Below, in pieces: positions 20,829 to 30,998 of a stretch of 64,000 nucleotides of DNA; within the stretch, counting starts at the first letter, position 1; the number at the start of each line of letters is the position of its first letter. Below the pieces are notes generated by a model. The model searched no databases, was not told the origin of the DNA, and saw only the letters and a list, made by a program, of their open reading frames with translations. The position numbers were made by a program, and so were the translations under genes. This DNA comes from an uncultured Armatimonadia bacterium. GTDB taxonomy: Bacteria; Armatimonadota; Zipacnadia; CAVVLO01. The stretch spans positions 1,555,708 through 1,619,707 of the forward strand of contig CAVVLO010000002.1 in the NCBI GenBank assembly GCA_963749155.1. The letters run 5' to 3'.

Positions 20829-20879
20829 CGCTCAAGCCACCTCCTAGGGGTAAACGGTCGGTTCGCCCGCCCTTGTTCC

Positions 20880-22250
20880 CTAATCGTGATCGTGACCTTC
20901 ATGATCGTGACCTTCGTGATCGTCCATCTCTTCGAAGTCGGCGTCTGTCTCGATAAGTTTGGCCTGATCAGCCAGCCACTCGAGCGTCTTCTGCTGGGTC
21001 ACGGCATAGTCCAGCGCTTCCAGGCGGCCCTCCTCGCGGAGGATCTCCTTCATACGCCAGTCCTTCACATTGCGCTCCTGGGCCATCTGCTGGATGGCGG
21101 GAGCCAGGTCCTCTTCGCTGGCGTGGATATGCTCGAGCTTGGCAACCTCGTCAAGCACCATCGAACGCTTGACGCGGAAGCGCCCCGCTTCGGCCAGTTC
21201 GGCGAAAAGCCCCTCTGCGCCGTTTTCCTTGGCTTCCAGATAATCGGAAAGCGACATCCGCTCATGCTCGAGGCTGTGCAGCAGATCCTCGGCCAGGCGC
21301 AGCACTTCGCGTACGACCATCGCTTCAGGCACACTTACCTCGGTGGCGTCGGCTAGCTTTTGGACGATGGCCTGACGCGCGGCGTTCTGCTGCAGGCCCT
21401 TTTTCTGCTCGGTAATCGCAGTCTCGATGCGCTTGTAGAGGCTCGCAACGTCAGTGACTTCGGGATCGCCCAGACCAGCGGCGAACTCGTCATTTATCTC
21501 GGGAGTCTTGCGCTCGTAAGCTTCTTTGACTTCAAGCTCGATCTCGACGTCTTTGCCAGCCAGGTCCGCATTGGCATAATCGCTGGGGATGGTCTTGATG
21601 GCTTTCGCGGTGTCGCCAACGTTTTTGCCAATCAACATATCGTCGAAGGAAAGGCCCGCAAGGCCTTCCTGTCCAAGGCGGATAAGGGTCTCATCACGAG
21701 TCAGCTCGTCCACGGGAGCGCCGTCTTTGCTGGTCTTGATAGCCCCGCGCACCATATCGCCTTCGGCCAGCGGCTTCAGCGCTATCTTGTCGAAGCTGGC
21801 GCGCTCCTGCTGGATGTGCTCGAGCTGGTGATTTACTTCGGCCTCGGTCACAGTGGCTTTCGGCACTTCGACTTCAAGGCCCTTATACTCGCCCAGCTTT
21901 ACTTCGGGCATCACCGGCACGACGGCGCGGAAACGCAGCGGCTGATCTTCGGCCAGTTGCAAAACCTGGATCTGCGGCGATTCGATAGGTTCGAAGTTTT
22001 CCTGCCTCACGGCGGCGCGATAGGCGTCCGGCACCAGCGCTTCGTAAAGCATCCGGTTGAACTCGCGCGGATCAACATACTGCCGCAGCATATCCTTGGG
22101 CACTTTGCCCTTGCGGAAGCCTGGCACGTCTACCTTGTTCTGAAGGCCATGATAGAGCGATTCATACGCGCCCTTCACGGTCAAAGCGTCTACTTCGATC
22201 TCGAGCTGGAACTTGTTCTCGCCGACGACGGTCTTGGTCACCTGTACCAC
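20880..22250 (-). CDS. tig: Trigger factor
   Basis: VPGFRKGKVP ribosome-binding motif; GTG start after GAGGAG; tig-clpP-clpX-lon order. Confidence 0.95.
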   Translation of the reverse strand: MVQVTKTVVGENKFQLEIEVDALTVKGAYESLYHGLQNKVDVPGFRKGKVPKDMLRQYVDPREFNRMLYEALVPDAYRAAVRQENFEPIESPQIQVLQLAEDQPLRFRAVVPVMPEVKLGEYKGLEVEVPKATVTEAEVNHQLEHIQQERASFDKIALKPLAEGDMVRGAIKTSKDGAPVDELTRDETLIRLGQEGLAGLSFDDMLIGKNVGDTAKAIKTIPSDYANADLAGKDVEIELEVKEAYERKTPEINDEFAAGLGDPEVTDVASLYKRIETAITEQKKGLQQNAARQAIVQKLADATEVSVPEAMVVREVLRLAEDLLHSLEHERMSLSDYLEAKENGAEGLFAELAEAGRFRVKRSMVLDEVAKLEHIHASEEDLAPAIQQMAQERNVKDWRMKEILREEGRLEALDYAVTQQKTLEWLADQAKLIETDADFEEMDDHEGHDHEGHDHD

Positions 22251-22374
22251 GGTATTGCTCCTCTTTCCGAATCGATTTATGGGCCAATAGTAAAACACCC
22301 TGCGCAGGCTGCGTGTCAGTATGCCATGCTGCAGGGCCCCGTAACCTGGCTTCAGTTGGTCGCACGGTACTACT

Positions 22375-22459
22375 TGGTGGGCGAGGAGAGACTTGAACTC
22401 TCACGGGCTAAGCCCACATGGTCCTAAGCCATGCGCGTCTGCCATTCCGCCACTCACCC
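22375..22459 (-). tRNA. tRNA-Leu (anticodon TAG)
   Basis: GGGTGAG/CTCGCCC acceptor with ACCA; CATGG-CTTAGGA-CCATG arm; long variable arm; GTTCAAGTC. Confidence 0.95.
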
Positions 22460-22500
22460 GTCCGGGCGCTGATGCAGTCGCGGACACTTGCGAAAAGGTT

Positions 22501-22577
<77 letters not shown>

Positions 22578-22590
22578 GCCAGCACCGCGG

Positions 22591-22618
22591 ATTATACCAG
22601 CCTGCCCCGGCAAGTCAA
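22591..22618 (-). promoter_or_regulatory. Sigma70 promoter for the tRNA-tig block
   Basis: TTGACT-16 bp-TATAAT followed by a GC-rich discriminator. Confidence 0.75.
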
Positions 22619-22720
22619 GGCCGGAGAAGCCCTCCGCGCGCCCCTCAATGGTATCAGAAAGGGCAGGCCGGCAGGAAGGGCAGGCTGGCGTTGGCAGAAC
22701 GAAGGCCGAGGTGGTATGAT

Positions 22721-22780
22721 TGATTCGTATTTGAATCATATGATTCATTTTCGAATCATGCGATTCGCAGACGGATCACT
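22721..22780. promoter_or_regulatory. Three tandem 20-bp palindromic operator-like units
   Basis: TGATTCGTATTTGAATCATA / TGATTCATTTTCGAATCATG / CGATTCGCAGACGGATCACT. Confidence 0.75.
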
Positions 22781-22803
22781 ACGCGTACTTGGAGGTGGAC
22801 GCC

Positions 22804-23448
22804 GTGCGGCTCATCAGGCCACTGGACGACCTGCTCTCCTCGCCAGCGAAGGTTGCCCTGATGAGGGTAATGTGCCAGGTGCAGGCGCCGCTCGCGGGGC
22901 GCGAAGCGATCAGGCGAGCCGGCCTGCCTTTCACGACCGGTTGGCGGGCCTTGCAGGCGCTTGCCGCCGCGGGGGTGCTGGTCAGGACGGACCACGGCAA
23001 GGTTGTGACTTTCCGACTGCCCGAGACAGGGCCACCGCTGCTCGCGAAGCTCCGCGAGTTGTTCGCCGAGGAAGACAGGCGCCGTAACGCCTTTGCGCTG
23101 GCCGTTGCAGAGCGTTTCCCTGGCTTGCTCTCTGCCCACCTTTTTGGTAGCGAGGCTCGTGGGCAGGCGACTACTGGCAGTGACACCGATCTGCTCATCG
23201 TTGTTGAGTCTCGAAATGCAAAGCTTGATCGTCAGTTGCAACGCGTTGCGGGGGAGCTCGGAACTGAGTATGGCCTGACCCTCTCAGCGCATGTGGCAGA
23301 CTTGGATACCGTACACACCTGGGAGACTGAGGATCATCCTTTCTGGCGTGAAATCCGGCGTGACGGCGTCAGGATAGCAGGCGATTCCCTACAGGAGTTG
23401 ATGAGCCGGTGGCGGAAACTTGGAGGGCACACCTCGAACAGGCTCTGA
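22804..23448 (+). CDS. HTH plus minimal nucleotidyltransferase (MNT), antitoxin-like
   Basis: LFGSEARG...SDTDLLIV (GSX10DXD); N-terminal HTH-like region; GGAGG before GTG 22804. Confidence 0.85.
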   Translation: MRLIRPLDDLLSSPAKVALMRVMCQVQAPLAGREAIRRAGLPFTTGWRALQALAAAGVLVRTDHGKVVTFRLPETGPPLLAKLRELFAEEDRRRNAFALAVAERFPGLLSAHLFGSEARGQATTGSDTDLLIVVESRNAKLDRQLQRVAGELGTEYGLTLSAHVADLDTVHTWETEDHPFWREIRRDGVRIAGDSLQELMSRWRKLGGHTSNRL

Positions 23449-23801
23449 AGTGGATGACCTATGCCACGATGACAAATGAGGGCACGTTCTCAAATCAGCG
23501 CGTCAGTTGCGCTGTGGAGGCAGTAATACATGCATGCGATGCCTTGTGTATGCAGCGCTTGGGAAGGAGGTCTGCCAACCCAGACCATCCGGCAGCTGCA
23601 AGCCTGCTCGAGGAGGCGTTCAGGGGCACCGATCATGAGAAAGAGGCGAGCAAAAAGGCTGATGACCTGCGAGAAATCCTTGCGAACAAGAACAACGCCC
23701 AATATTACGCTGAGGAGATTGCCGTCAAGAAGGCCGATAAACTTGTGGAGAAAGCTGCACGCTTGGTCCGCTGGGCACAAGCTGTGCTGGATACCCCCTA
23801 G
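23409..23801 (+). CDS. HEPN-like protein, partner of the MNT
   Basis: 130 aa helical ORF overlapping the MNT; AVIHACDA..GRRSANPDH..LL..KNNAQY pattern. Confidence 0.7.
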   Translation: MAETWRAHLEQALKWMTYATMTNEGTFSNQRVSCAVEAVIHACDALCMQRLGRRSANPDHPAAASLLEEAFRGTDHEKEASKKADDLREILANKNNAQYYAEEIAVKKADKLVEKAARLVRWAQAVLDTP

Positions 23802-23965
23802 CCACTAGCTCCATCACGCCAGCGACCCGCGCCCCGGCACCTTCCCCAGGTGCGACCTGGTGGCAGCCACTTCCACTATATCACCCTGGACCAGGCGTCA
23901 AGAGTTTTAGTTCCTGTTTAGACTTTCTGATACCTGATGCACAAAATAGGGGGCTTAACAGGACT

Positions 23966-23994
23966 TTGACCGCCCTTCTCCGGCGTTGTATACT
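23966..23994 (+). promoter_or_regulatory. Sigma70 promoter for xseA
   Basis: TTGACC-17 bp-TATACT. Confidence 0.7.
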
Positions 23995-24025
23995 CGCCGA
24001 AAGCACTCCGGAGGTCGCCCCAACC

Positions 24026-25258
24026 TTGTCCGAGTCGGCCAAACCGCTCTCTGTCAGCGATGTGAACGCCAGGGTGAGATACCTCATCGAGGGCGATCCA
24101 GCGCTGCAACAGGTCGAGGTCGCGGGCGAACTGTCCAACTTCAAGCTTTATCCCTCTGGCCACGCCTATTTCAGCCTGAAAGACGAACACTCGATACTGA
24201 AAGCGGTCGCTTTCGGGGCAAAGGGCTGGCTGAAGTTCAAGCCCGAGGATGGGATGCGCGTCATTGCGACGGGGCGCGTGGGCGTCTACGAGCAGCGCGG
24301 AGAGTTCCAGCTTTATGCCACGCGGCTGGTGGAGGATGGCCTGGGCGCGCTGTGGGAGCGCTTCCTCAAGCTGAAAACCGAGCTGGAGCAGGAGGGGCTG
24401 TTCGAGCCCTCGCGCAAACGGTTGCTCCCGGCCTGGGTGAGGAAAGCCGCCATAATCGCCTCGCCCGAGGGCGCCGCGGTTAAGGACATCATCAAACGCG
24501 CCGAGGACCGCGCGGTCGAGCTCGAACTCATCATCGTCCCGAGCCTGGTGCAAGGGCAGGCCGCGATCGCCGACCTCGTGCGGGCAATTGATGCGGCGGA
24601 GCGCATACCGGGCCTCGATTGTATCGTGCTTGCGCGCGGCGGAGGCTCGCTCGAAGACCTGTGGGCCTTCAACGAAGAGGCGGTCGTCAGGCGTATCTTC
24701 GCCTGCAGAGTGCCTGTCGTCAGCGCTATCGGCCACGAGCGAGATGTCTCGCTGTCTGACCTGGTGGCGGACTATCGCGCGGCAACGCCCACGTCCGCGG
24801 CGGAACTGATTACCCCTGACAGAGAAGATATCGCCGATCACCTGGCCGATTTCCGCGAGCGACTGGGCAGAGCGCTGGTGCAGAATGCTTTATATAAAGA
24901 GGAAAGAGTGCGCGCGCAAGCCGGCAGGCTGGAGAGAGCCCTTAGCCGGCAGGTCGAGGGCGCCCGGCAGAGGCTGGATTACGCCTTCGAAGGGCTCGAG
25001 CGGCAGGTGAGTCATCGGCTGGAACAGAAGACAGACCGGCTGGCCTCGCTTGGACGCCGGCTTGACACACTGAGCCCACTTTCTATTTTGAGACGCGGTT
25101 ATAGCCTGGTAGAGCGGCAGGCCGATGGGGCGTTGGTCGCCTCGATAGAGCAGGCGCCGCCCGGCGAGAAACTGGTCGTGCGGGTGCGCGATGGGCGGAT
25201 ATTTACCGCGGTGGAAAGCGCGGAGGAGGAGCCACTGGATGTCACAGGACAAGCCTGA
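24026..25258 (+). CDS. xseA: Exodeoxyribonuclease VII large subunit
   Basis: GELSNF..SGHAYFSLKD, ARGGGSLEDLWAFN, SAIGHE, TPTSAAE. Confidence 0.97.
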   Translation: MSESAKPLSVSDVNARVRYLIEGDPALQQVEVAGELSNFKLYPSGHAYFSLKDEHSILKAVAFGAKGWLKFKPEDGMRVIATGRVGVYEQRGEFQLYATRLVEDGLGALWERFLKLKTELEQEGLFEPSRKRLLPAWVRKAAIIASPEGAAVKDIIKRAEDRAVELELIIVPSLVQGQAAIADLVRAIDAAERIPGLDCIVLARGGGSLEDLWAFNEEAVVRRIFACRVPVVSAIGHERDVSLSDLVADYRAATPTSAAELITPDREDIADHLADFRERLGRALVQNALYKEERVRAQAGRLERALSRQVEGARQRLDYAFEGLERQVSHRLEQKTDRLASLGRRLDTLSPLSILRRGYSLVERQADGALVASIEQAPPGEKLVVRVRDGRIFTAVESAEEEPLDVTGQA

Positions 25259-25478
25259 GCAAGGCCAGGAGCCGACTTTCGAAGAGGCTTATACGCGACT
25301 CGAGCAGGTCGTGGCGGCGCTTGAGAACTCGCAGCTCCCCCTCGAAGAGGCAGTGAAGTTGTTCCAGGAAGGCGCGGAGCTGTATAAACTGTGCAGCGCC
25401 AGACTTCAGAAACTGGAATTGGTAGTAAAACAGCTTTCCGAGCAACTTCGGACCGAGTCTGAAGCCGCTTCGGACTGA
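25239..25478 (+). CDS. xseB: Exodeoxyribonuclease VII small subunit
   Basis: FEEAYTRLEQVV..LE...LPLEEAVKLFQEG. Confidence 0.93.
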   Translation: MSQDKPEQGQEPTFEEAYTRLEQVVAALENSQLPLEEAVKLFQEGAELYKLCSARLQKLELVVKQLSEQLRTESEAASD

Positions 25479-25535
25479 GACCGAAGCCGCGCCGGACGAA
25501 GAGGAAGAGGAGGCTTAGGCCTCAGGCTTCCGGAT

Positions 25536-25544
25536 TGTTATAAT
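25536..25544 (+). promoter_or_regulatory. Extended -10 element upstream of dxs
   Basis: TGT-TATAAT. Confidence 0.55.
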
Positions 25545-25637
25545 AACCTTGCTTCTGCGGGTGGGCTGGCCGGAGTGCCAGGCTGCTAGCGGCGGCGTTG
25601 CCTGGGCTGGACAAGCCTTTTTTCGTCAGGAGAATCA

Positions 25638-27542
25638 ATGCTGCTCGAGAAAATCAAAAGTCCCAGAGAGCTGGATGCGCTGACCCTCGAAGAGCTGGAT
25701 CAGCTTGCCGAGGAGATACGCGCCTTCCTCATCGAGTCGGTGCAGTCAACGGGAGGTCATCTCGCCTCCAACCTGGGCGTGGTAGAGCTTACTATCGCGC
25801 TGCATCGAGTCTTCCGCACGCCCGAGGACAAGCTGATTTTTGATGTCGGCCATCAGGGGTATGTGCACAAGCTGTTGACTGGCAGGTGTGATGGCTTCGC
25901 CAAACTGCGCCAGTGGGGCGGGCTTTGCGGTTATCTCTTGCGGGAAGAAAGTGAACACGACGCCTTCGGCGCGGGACACGGCAGCACGTCCATCTCGGCG
26001 GCAGTCGGTTTTGCTTGCGCGCGCGATTTGCGCGGCGGCAAGGAGCATATTGTCGCGGTCATCGGCGATGGCAGCCTGACCGGCGGGATGGCCTTCGAGG
26101 CGCTCAACTACGCCGGCCAGCGCAAGACGCGCCTGCTGGTGGTGCTTAACGAGAACGAGATGTCCATCGCGCCCAATGTCGGAGCGATGTCGGAGTATCT
26201 CAACCGCCTGCGGACAAGTACTTCCTATCAGGATATGCGCCGGCGCACGCGAGACTTGCTGGAGCAGCTTCCCCTGGGTGGGTCGCTGGCTTCTCTGGCT
26301 GACAACGTGGCGGATGGCCTCAAGCATCTCGTGGTGCCAGGGATGCTTTTTGAAGAATTGGGCTTCACCTATATCGGGCCGGTCGACGGGCATGACCTCA
26401 GGCGGGTTATTGATGCCCTGCACCGGGCGAAGGGGCTGGAGGGGCCTGTCCTGCTGCATGTGCGCACGCAGAAGGGCAAGGGCTTCGCCCCTGCCGAGCG
26501 CGATGCGACAAGTTATCACGGGGTGACAGGTCGAGGGAGCGAAGGCGAGCCGGACGCTGGCAAGCCAAGGCCTGCGAGTTATACAGCGGTTTTTGGTGAA
26601 GCGGTCAAGCGCCTGGCAGATGAAGATCCCCGGGTTGTGGCGATTACCGCTGCGATGCCTCAGGGCACGGGACTGACAAAATTCGCCCAGACACATCCGG
26701 ACCGGTTTTTTGATGTCGGGATGGCCGAAGAACACGCCATCACAATGGCGGCGGGCCTTGCAGCGGGCGGCTACAAGCCCGTGGTGGCTATCTACTCAAC
26801 CTTTATGCAACGCGCGATTGACCAGATGCTTCACGATGTGGCGCTGCAACAACTGCCGGTCGTGCTGTGTATGGACCGCGCGGGGCTGGTGCCCGAGGAT
26901 GGCGCCACCCACCAGGGGTTGTTCGACCTGACATACCTCAGGATGATCCCGGACCTTACGCTTATTGCGCCAAAAGACGAGGCTGAACTCGTTACGGCGC
27001 TGCGGTGCGCGCTGGCCTCGAAGGGGCCGGTGGCAATCCGGTATCCCGAGGGCGAAGGCCAAGGGGTCGAGGTGGACTGGGACGCGCCAGCACTCGAGTT
27101 CGGCCAGGCCGAGGTGCTGACCGAGGGCGAAGAGGTGCTGCTGCTTGCGGTGGGCAATACCGTCTATCGCTCGGTGGACGCAGCCAGGCAACTCGCCCGA
27201 AGAGGGCTTTCTGCAACGGTTGTGAACGCCCGATTTGTGCGTCCACTAGATGAAGCGAGGCTGCTGCCCCTGCTTGCTTCCCACAAACTGGTAGTTACAG
27301 TGGAAGAGAACGTGCTGGCAGGGGGATTTGGCTCGGCCATAAGCGAGTTGCTGCACCGAGCCCGACTCGAGACTCCACTCGTCTCGCTGGGCATCCCCGA
27401 TGAATTCGTTACCTTCGGGTCACTTGCCGACCTGAGGCGCCATTATGGACTTACCGCTCCCCAGATTGCCTCCAGCATCGAAGAGGCCTGGACTGCCCGT
27501 GCTGGAAGTCCTTCTGAAGCGGCCAAAGGTGATGCTGTATGA
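25638..27542 (+). CDS. dxs: 1-deoxy-D-xylulose-5-phosphate synthase
   Basis: GGHLASNLG, DVGHQ, GDGSLTGG, YSTFMQRA, DRAGLV..DGATHQG. Confidence 0.97.
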   Translation: MLLEKIKSPRELDALTLEELDQLAEEIRAFLIESVQSTGGHLASNLGVVELTIALHRVFRTPEDKLIFDVGHQGYVHKLLTGRCDGFAKLRQWGGLCGYLLREESEHDAFGAGHGSTSISAAVGFACARDLRGGKEHIVAVIGDGSLTGGMAFEALNYAGQRKTRLLVVLNENEMSIAPNVGAMSEYLNRLRTSTSYQDMRRRTRDLLEQLPLGGSLASLADNVADGLKHLVVPGMLFEELGFTYIGPVDGHDLRRVIDALHRAKGLEGPVLLHVRTQKGKGFAPAERDATSYHGVTGRGSEGEPDAGKPRPASYTAVFGEAVKRLADEDPRVVAITAAMPQGTGLTKFAQTHPDRFFDVGMAEEHAITMAAGLAAGGYKPVVAIYSTFMQRAIDQMLHDVALQQLPVVLCMDRAGLVPEDGATHQGLFDLTYLRMIPDLTLIAPKDEAELVTALRCALASKGPVAIRYPEGEGQGVEVDWDAPALEFGQAEVLTEGEEVLLLAVGNTVYRSVDAARQLARRGLSATVVNARFVRPLDEARLLPLLASHKLVVTVEENVLAGGFGSAISELLHRARLETPLVSLGIPDEFVTFGSLADLRRHYGLTAPQIASSIEEAWTARAGSPSEAAKGDAV

Positions 27543-30119
27543 GAGAAAACCGCAAGCTTGCTCTGGCAGGTCTTTGCCTGTTGCTAGTTGGATTGGTGGC
27601 ACTGGTAGGCGCGCAGGCAGTGACAGACCAGGCACCTGATAATCCTCTCGAGCAGGCGCTTGCTCTGCTGGAGGCGGGCAAATTCACCGAGGCAGAGCCT
27701 CTCCTTCTCACGGCGACCGAGCAAACCCCCGACCTGGCCCAGGCCTGGGCTTATCTTGGTTTCTGCAAGCTGAAGTTGGAGCAATTCCCGGAGGCGGAGC
27801 AGGCGGCGGCCAAAGCCGTAGCGCTCGATCCAAAACTGGAATTCGCCCAGCACACGCTGGCGACGGCTATCTATAAACAGGGCGACTGGGAACGAGCCGG
27901 AGACACTGCGCGCGCGGCGCTTGAGGAGCTGCCTGGCTCCACCGAATTGCTGAGGGCAATGGCTGACGGCTACATATCGGCCCTCAAGCCTGCCGAGGCT
28001 CGCGAGGCGCTCAAGCAACTGCTGCGCAAGGACGCCAATAATCCTTATTATCTTGTCAACCTGGCGCTTACATATGAATTACAAAATGACCACGAATCGG
28101 CTCGCAGCGTCGCCGAGAAAGCCGTGAAGGCCAATCCGAAAGATTTTTACTGCTGGCAGATGCTTGCGACGGTCGCTTACAACCAGAAGGACTGGCAGCG
28201 GACCATCGAAGCCGTGGACCAGTGCGAGGCAATCGATGCGCGAGGGGCAGGGGTGCTGTTGAAGGCCGAAGCGCTGCTTGCACTTGGAAAGCGCCCTGAA
28301 GGGCTGGCCATGTTCGAGCGCTGGGTTGGGATGCTCGAGGGGCCTAACAGCGTGCCCTGGCGCCTCAGACTGGGAAAAGAATATCTGAACGACAAGCAAT
28401 ATGCGAAAGCAATTGCGACACTTGAACCGGCGCAAGAACTGGCTCCTGACGACCTGCAATTGCTGTATGCGCTCGGGGTAGCCTATTTTGCGGGCGAGCA
28501 GTTTGAGAAATCCGAAGAGGCCTTCCGGCATTTCCTGGAACTCGAAAGCACCAACTCGGATGTGCGCTCGCTCAGAGCAATGACTTTGCGCTACCTGGAC
28601 CGCAAGGCCGAGGCGGCGGAGGAGTATCTCAAGGCCGTCGAAGGCGCTACCCCCGAAGATGCGGCCGAGTATCAACTCTGGGCGGCGCGGCTATTTATGG
28701 AATTGAAGCAACCAGAGCGCGCCGAGCCTCTGCTCGAGGCGCTGGCTGCCAGTAGCGCAGGGGATGGCGAGGCTTTTGACTTGCTTATCGCCTGTTATGC
28801 GGCCCAGGGCAAGCAGGAGAAGGTTGCGGCGCTTGGCGCCTCGGTCAAGACTTCGGGCACTCGCGCGCTGGTGGTCGGCGAGGCCTTGCTGGCTGCGGGC
28901 AAGGTCGAAGAGGCGCTCGCCAAATTCGAGGAAGCCGCTCAGGCCAATCCCAAAGATGCCGCCGCTCATAACGATGTGGGCGTTGCCTATATGCGACTGG
29001 GCGACTGGGAACACGCGCTGGGGGCTTTCGAGCGCGCCTGGGAGCTTGATAACGCCTGCACCCTCTATTTGCAGAATCTCACCGCCGCCGCACTGGCCGC
29101 CGGGCAACAGCGAGAGAGCGCTTCAGACTGGCACGAAGCTCTCCCGGATGGCGCCGGACTCTCCCGAAGCAGGCTTGCTATTTGGACGGGCCTTGCTTGC
29201 CGCGGGGCAATTCGACAAGGCAAGCGCCCAGCTTGAGCCCTTGCTGGCCAAGCGTCCCGCCGATTTGCAGCTTGCACTCGCACTGGCCGAAGTTAGAAGG
29301 AAACAGGGCAATCCCACCGGACAGGCAGAGATTCTGGCCAAAGCGGTAGAGCTTGCTCCCAAGTCCGCTACGCTGAAGAGCGCCCTGGGGCTTGCCTTCC
29401 TGGAAGCCAAACAAGCAGAAAAAGCTGTCCCTGTGCTTGAAGAGGCGCTGGCGCTCAATCCAAGTGACAACACGGCCAGACGCAATCTCGCCGCCGCTTA
29501 CCAGGCGATGGGCGAGCCCACCAAGGCGATCGCCACTTTGAAAACCGTTTTGGCCACCGCGCCTGACCCCGAATTACTGCTGGCCTATGTCGGATTGCTT
29601 CAGCAGCAGGGAAGACAGCAGGAAGCCGTCCAGGAGCTAAGCGCCGCCTTGGCCGCCAATCCCGACAATCTGCCCCTGGCCAAGACCTTGATAGGAGCCC
29701 AGTTGCTTGCGGGGCTCTCTGGGCAGGCGCTTGTAGAACTCGACAAGGCGCGCAATGACCACCCCGAAGACCCCGAGTTGCTCGCGCTTAAAGGCCAGGC
29801 GCACTATGCGCTGAGGGACTACTCGCTTGCAGAGGTCTCCTACCTGGCGGCGCTTGCCAAGTCGCCAAATCAGGCGGACTGGCAGGCCGACCTGGGCCTC
29901 GTATACCTGGGCAGCGGCAAGTTCAACGAAGCCATACTGCATCTGAAAAAAGCCGTCGAACTTGCGCCCGGCGATGCGATGGCAATCAACAACCTCGGCG
30001 TCGCGTACGAGCAAGCGGGCGACCGAGCGGGGGCCGTAGAGCAATACCAAAAAGCCTTGCAGGTAAATCCTGGCTGTCAGGAGGCCCAGCGGAACCTCGC
30101 GCGGCTAGCCAGCGCCTGA
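27539..30119 (+). CDS. Large exported TPR-repeat protein; apparent frameshift near 29103
   Basis: Hydrophobic N-terminus; continuous TPR repeats across ORFs 27539-29236 and 28764-30119. Confidence 0.85.
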
Positions 30120-30132
30120 GACCGACTCTATT

Positions 30133-30993
30133 ATGAAACTGGCCTTTATTGCGCGAGTGGAAAAACCCGAAGCGGTAGAATACGCCGCTCGCCTGATGCA
30201 GGAAGCCAAATCGCGAGGGCATGACCTGGTGCTCGAGCCGGCCCTGGCTCGCTTCCTGGGTCAGGAGCAACTGGCCGGCGATGATGAGCAGCTCAAGTCA
30301 GCGGGGGTCATCATCGTACTCGGGGGCGATGGCACTTTCCTTGGCGCCACCAGGCGGCTCAGGGGCACGGCGGGCTATTTCCTGGCGGTGGATGTCGGGG
30401 GATTCGGCTTTATGTCCGAGGCGGCCCCCGATGACATCGAAGGCATAATGGGCGCGGTTGAGAATCCCACAGCCCATCAAGGCTTCCGCTCGATGCTCGA
30501 GGCCACCATTATCCCTCGCACCGGCGCCCAGCAGCGCTGGGTCGCCATCAACGATGTGGTGGTTTCCAAAGCCGTGGGAGAAGGCCTTATCGAGGTGGCT
30601 CTGGTCTCGCGCGGCCATCCTATCTGCAACCTGCGCGCGGACGGGGTAGTCTTCGCAAGCCCCAGTGGATCTACGGCCTATTCACTGTCGGCAGGCGGGC
30701 CGATAGTGCATCCTTCCCTTGAATGTATGATAGTTACGCCCATCTGCCCGCACACGCTGGCGACGCGCCCGCTGGTGTTGCCGACCGAGCACGAGATAGA
30801 AGTCACGCTGGGCCCTCAGGCCGAGATTGGCCGCAAAGTTATGTTCGTCGTGGACGGGCAAGAGCGCCAGGAGATAGCCGTCGGTGACAGGCTGCTTGTG
30901 CGCGGGGCGGAAGACCGCGTAAAAGTTTGTAAACTGGAACGAGGCAGTTTCTACCAGAAGCTGCGCGAGAAACTCAGGTGGGGGATGAGATAA
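30133..30993 (+). CDS. nadK: NAD kinase
   Basis: GGDGT, IND, ADG...SPSGSTAYSLSAGGP. Confidence 0.95.
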   Translation: MKLAFIARVEKPEAVEYAARLMQEAKSRGHDLVLEPALARFLGQEQLAGDDEQLKSAGVIIVLGGDGTFLGATRRLRGTAGYFLAVDVGGFGFMSEAAPDDIEGIMGAVENPTAHQGFRSMLEATIIPRTGAQQRWVAINDVVVSKAVGEGLIEVALVSRGHPICNLRADGVVFASPSGSTAYSLSAGGPIVHPSLECMIVTPICPHTLATRPLVLPTEHEIEVTLGPQAEIGRKVMFVVDGQERQEIAVGDRLLVRGAEDRVKVCKLERGSFYQKLREKLRWGMR

Positions 30994-30998
30994 GCAGC

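Noticed and set aside
22659..22689. Direct repeat AAGGGCAGGC(C/T)GGC, two copies
   Set aside because: Short and GC-rich, no matching copy seen beyond the MNT/HEPN pair; not supportable as an att site
22721..22780. Mini-CRISPR interpretation of the 20-bp repeats
   Set aside because: No spacers, units too short, no cas genes
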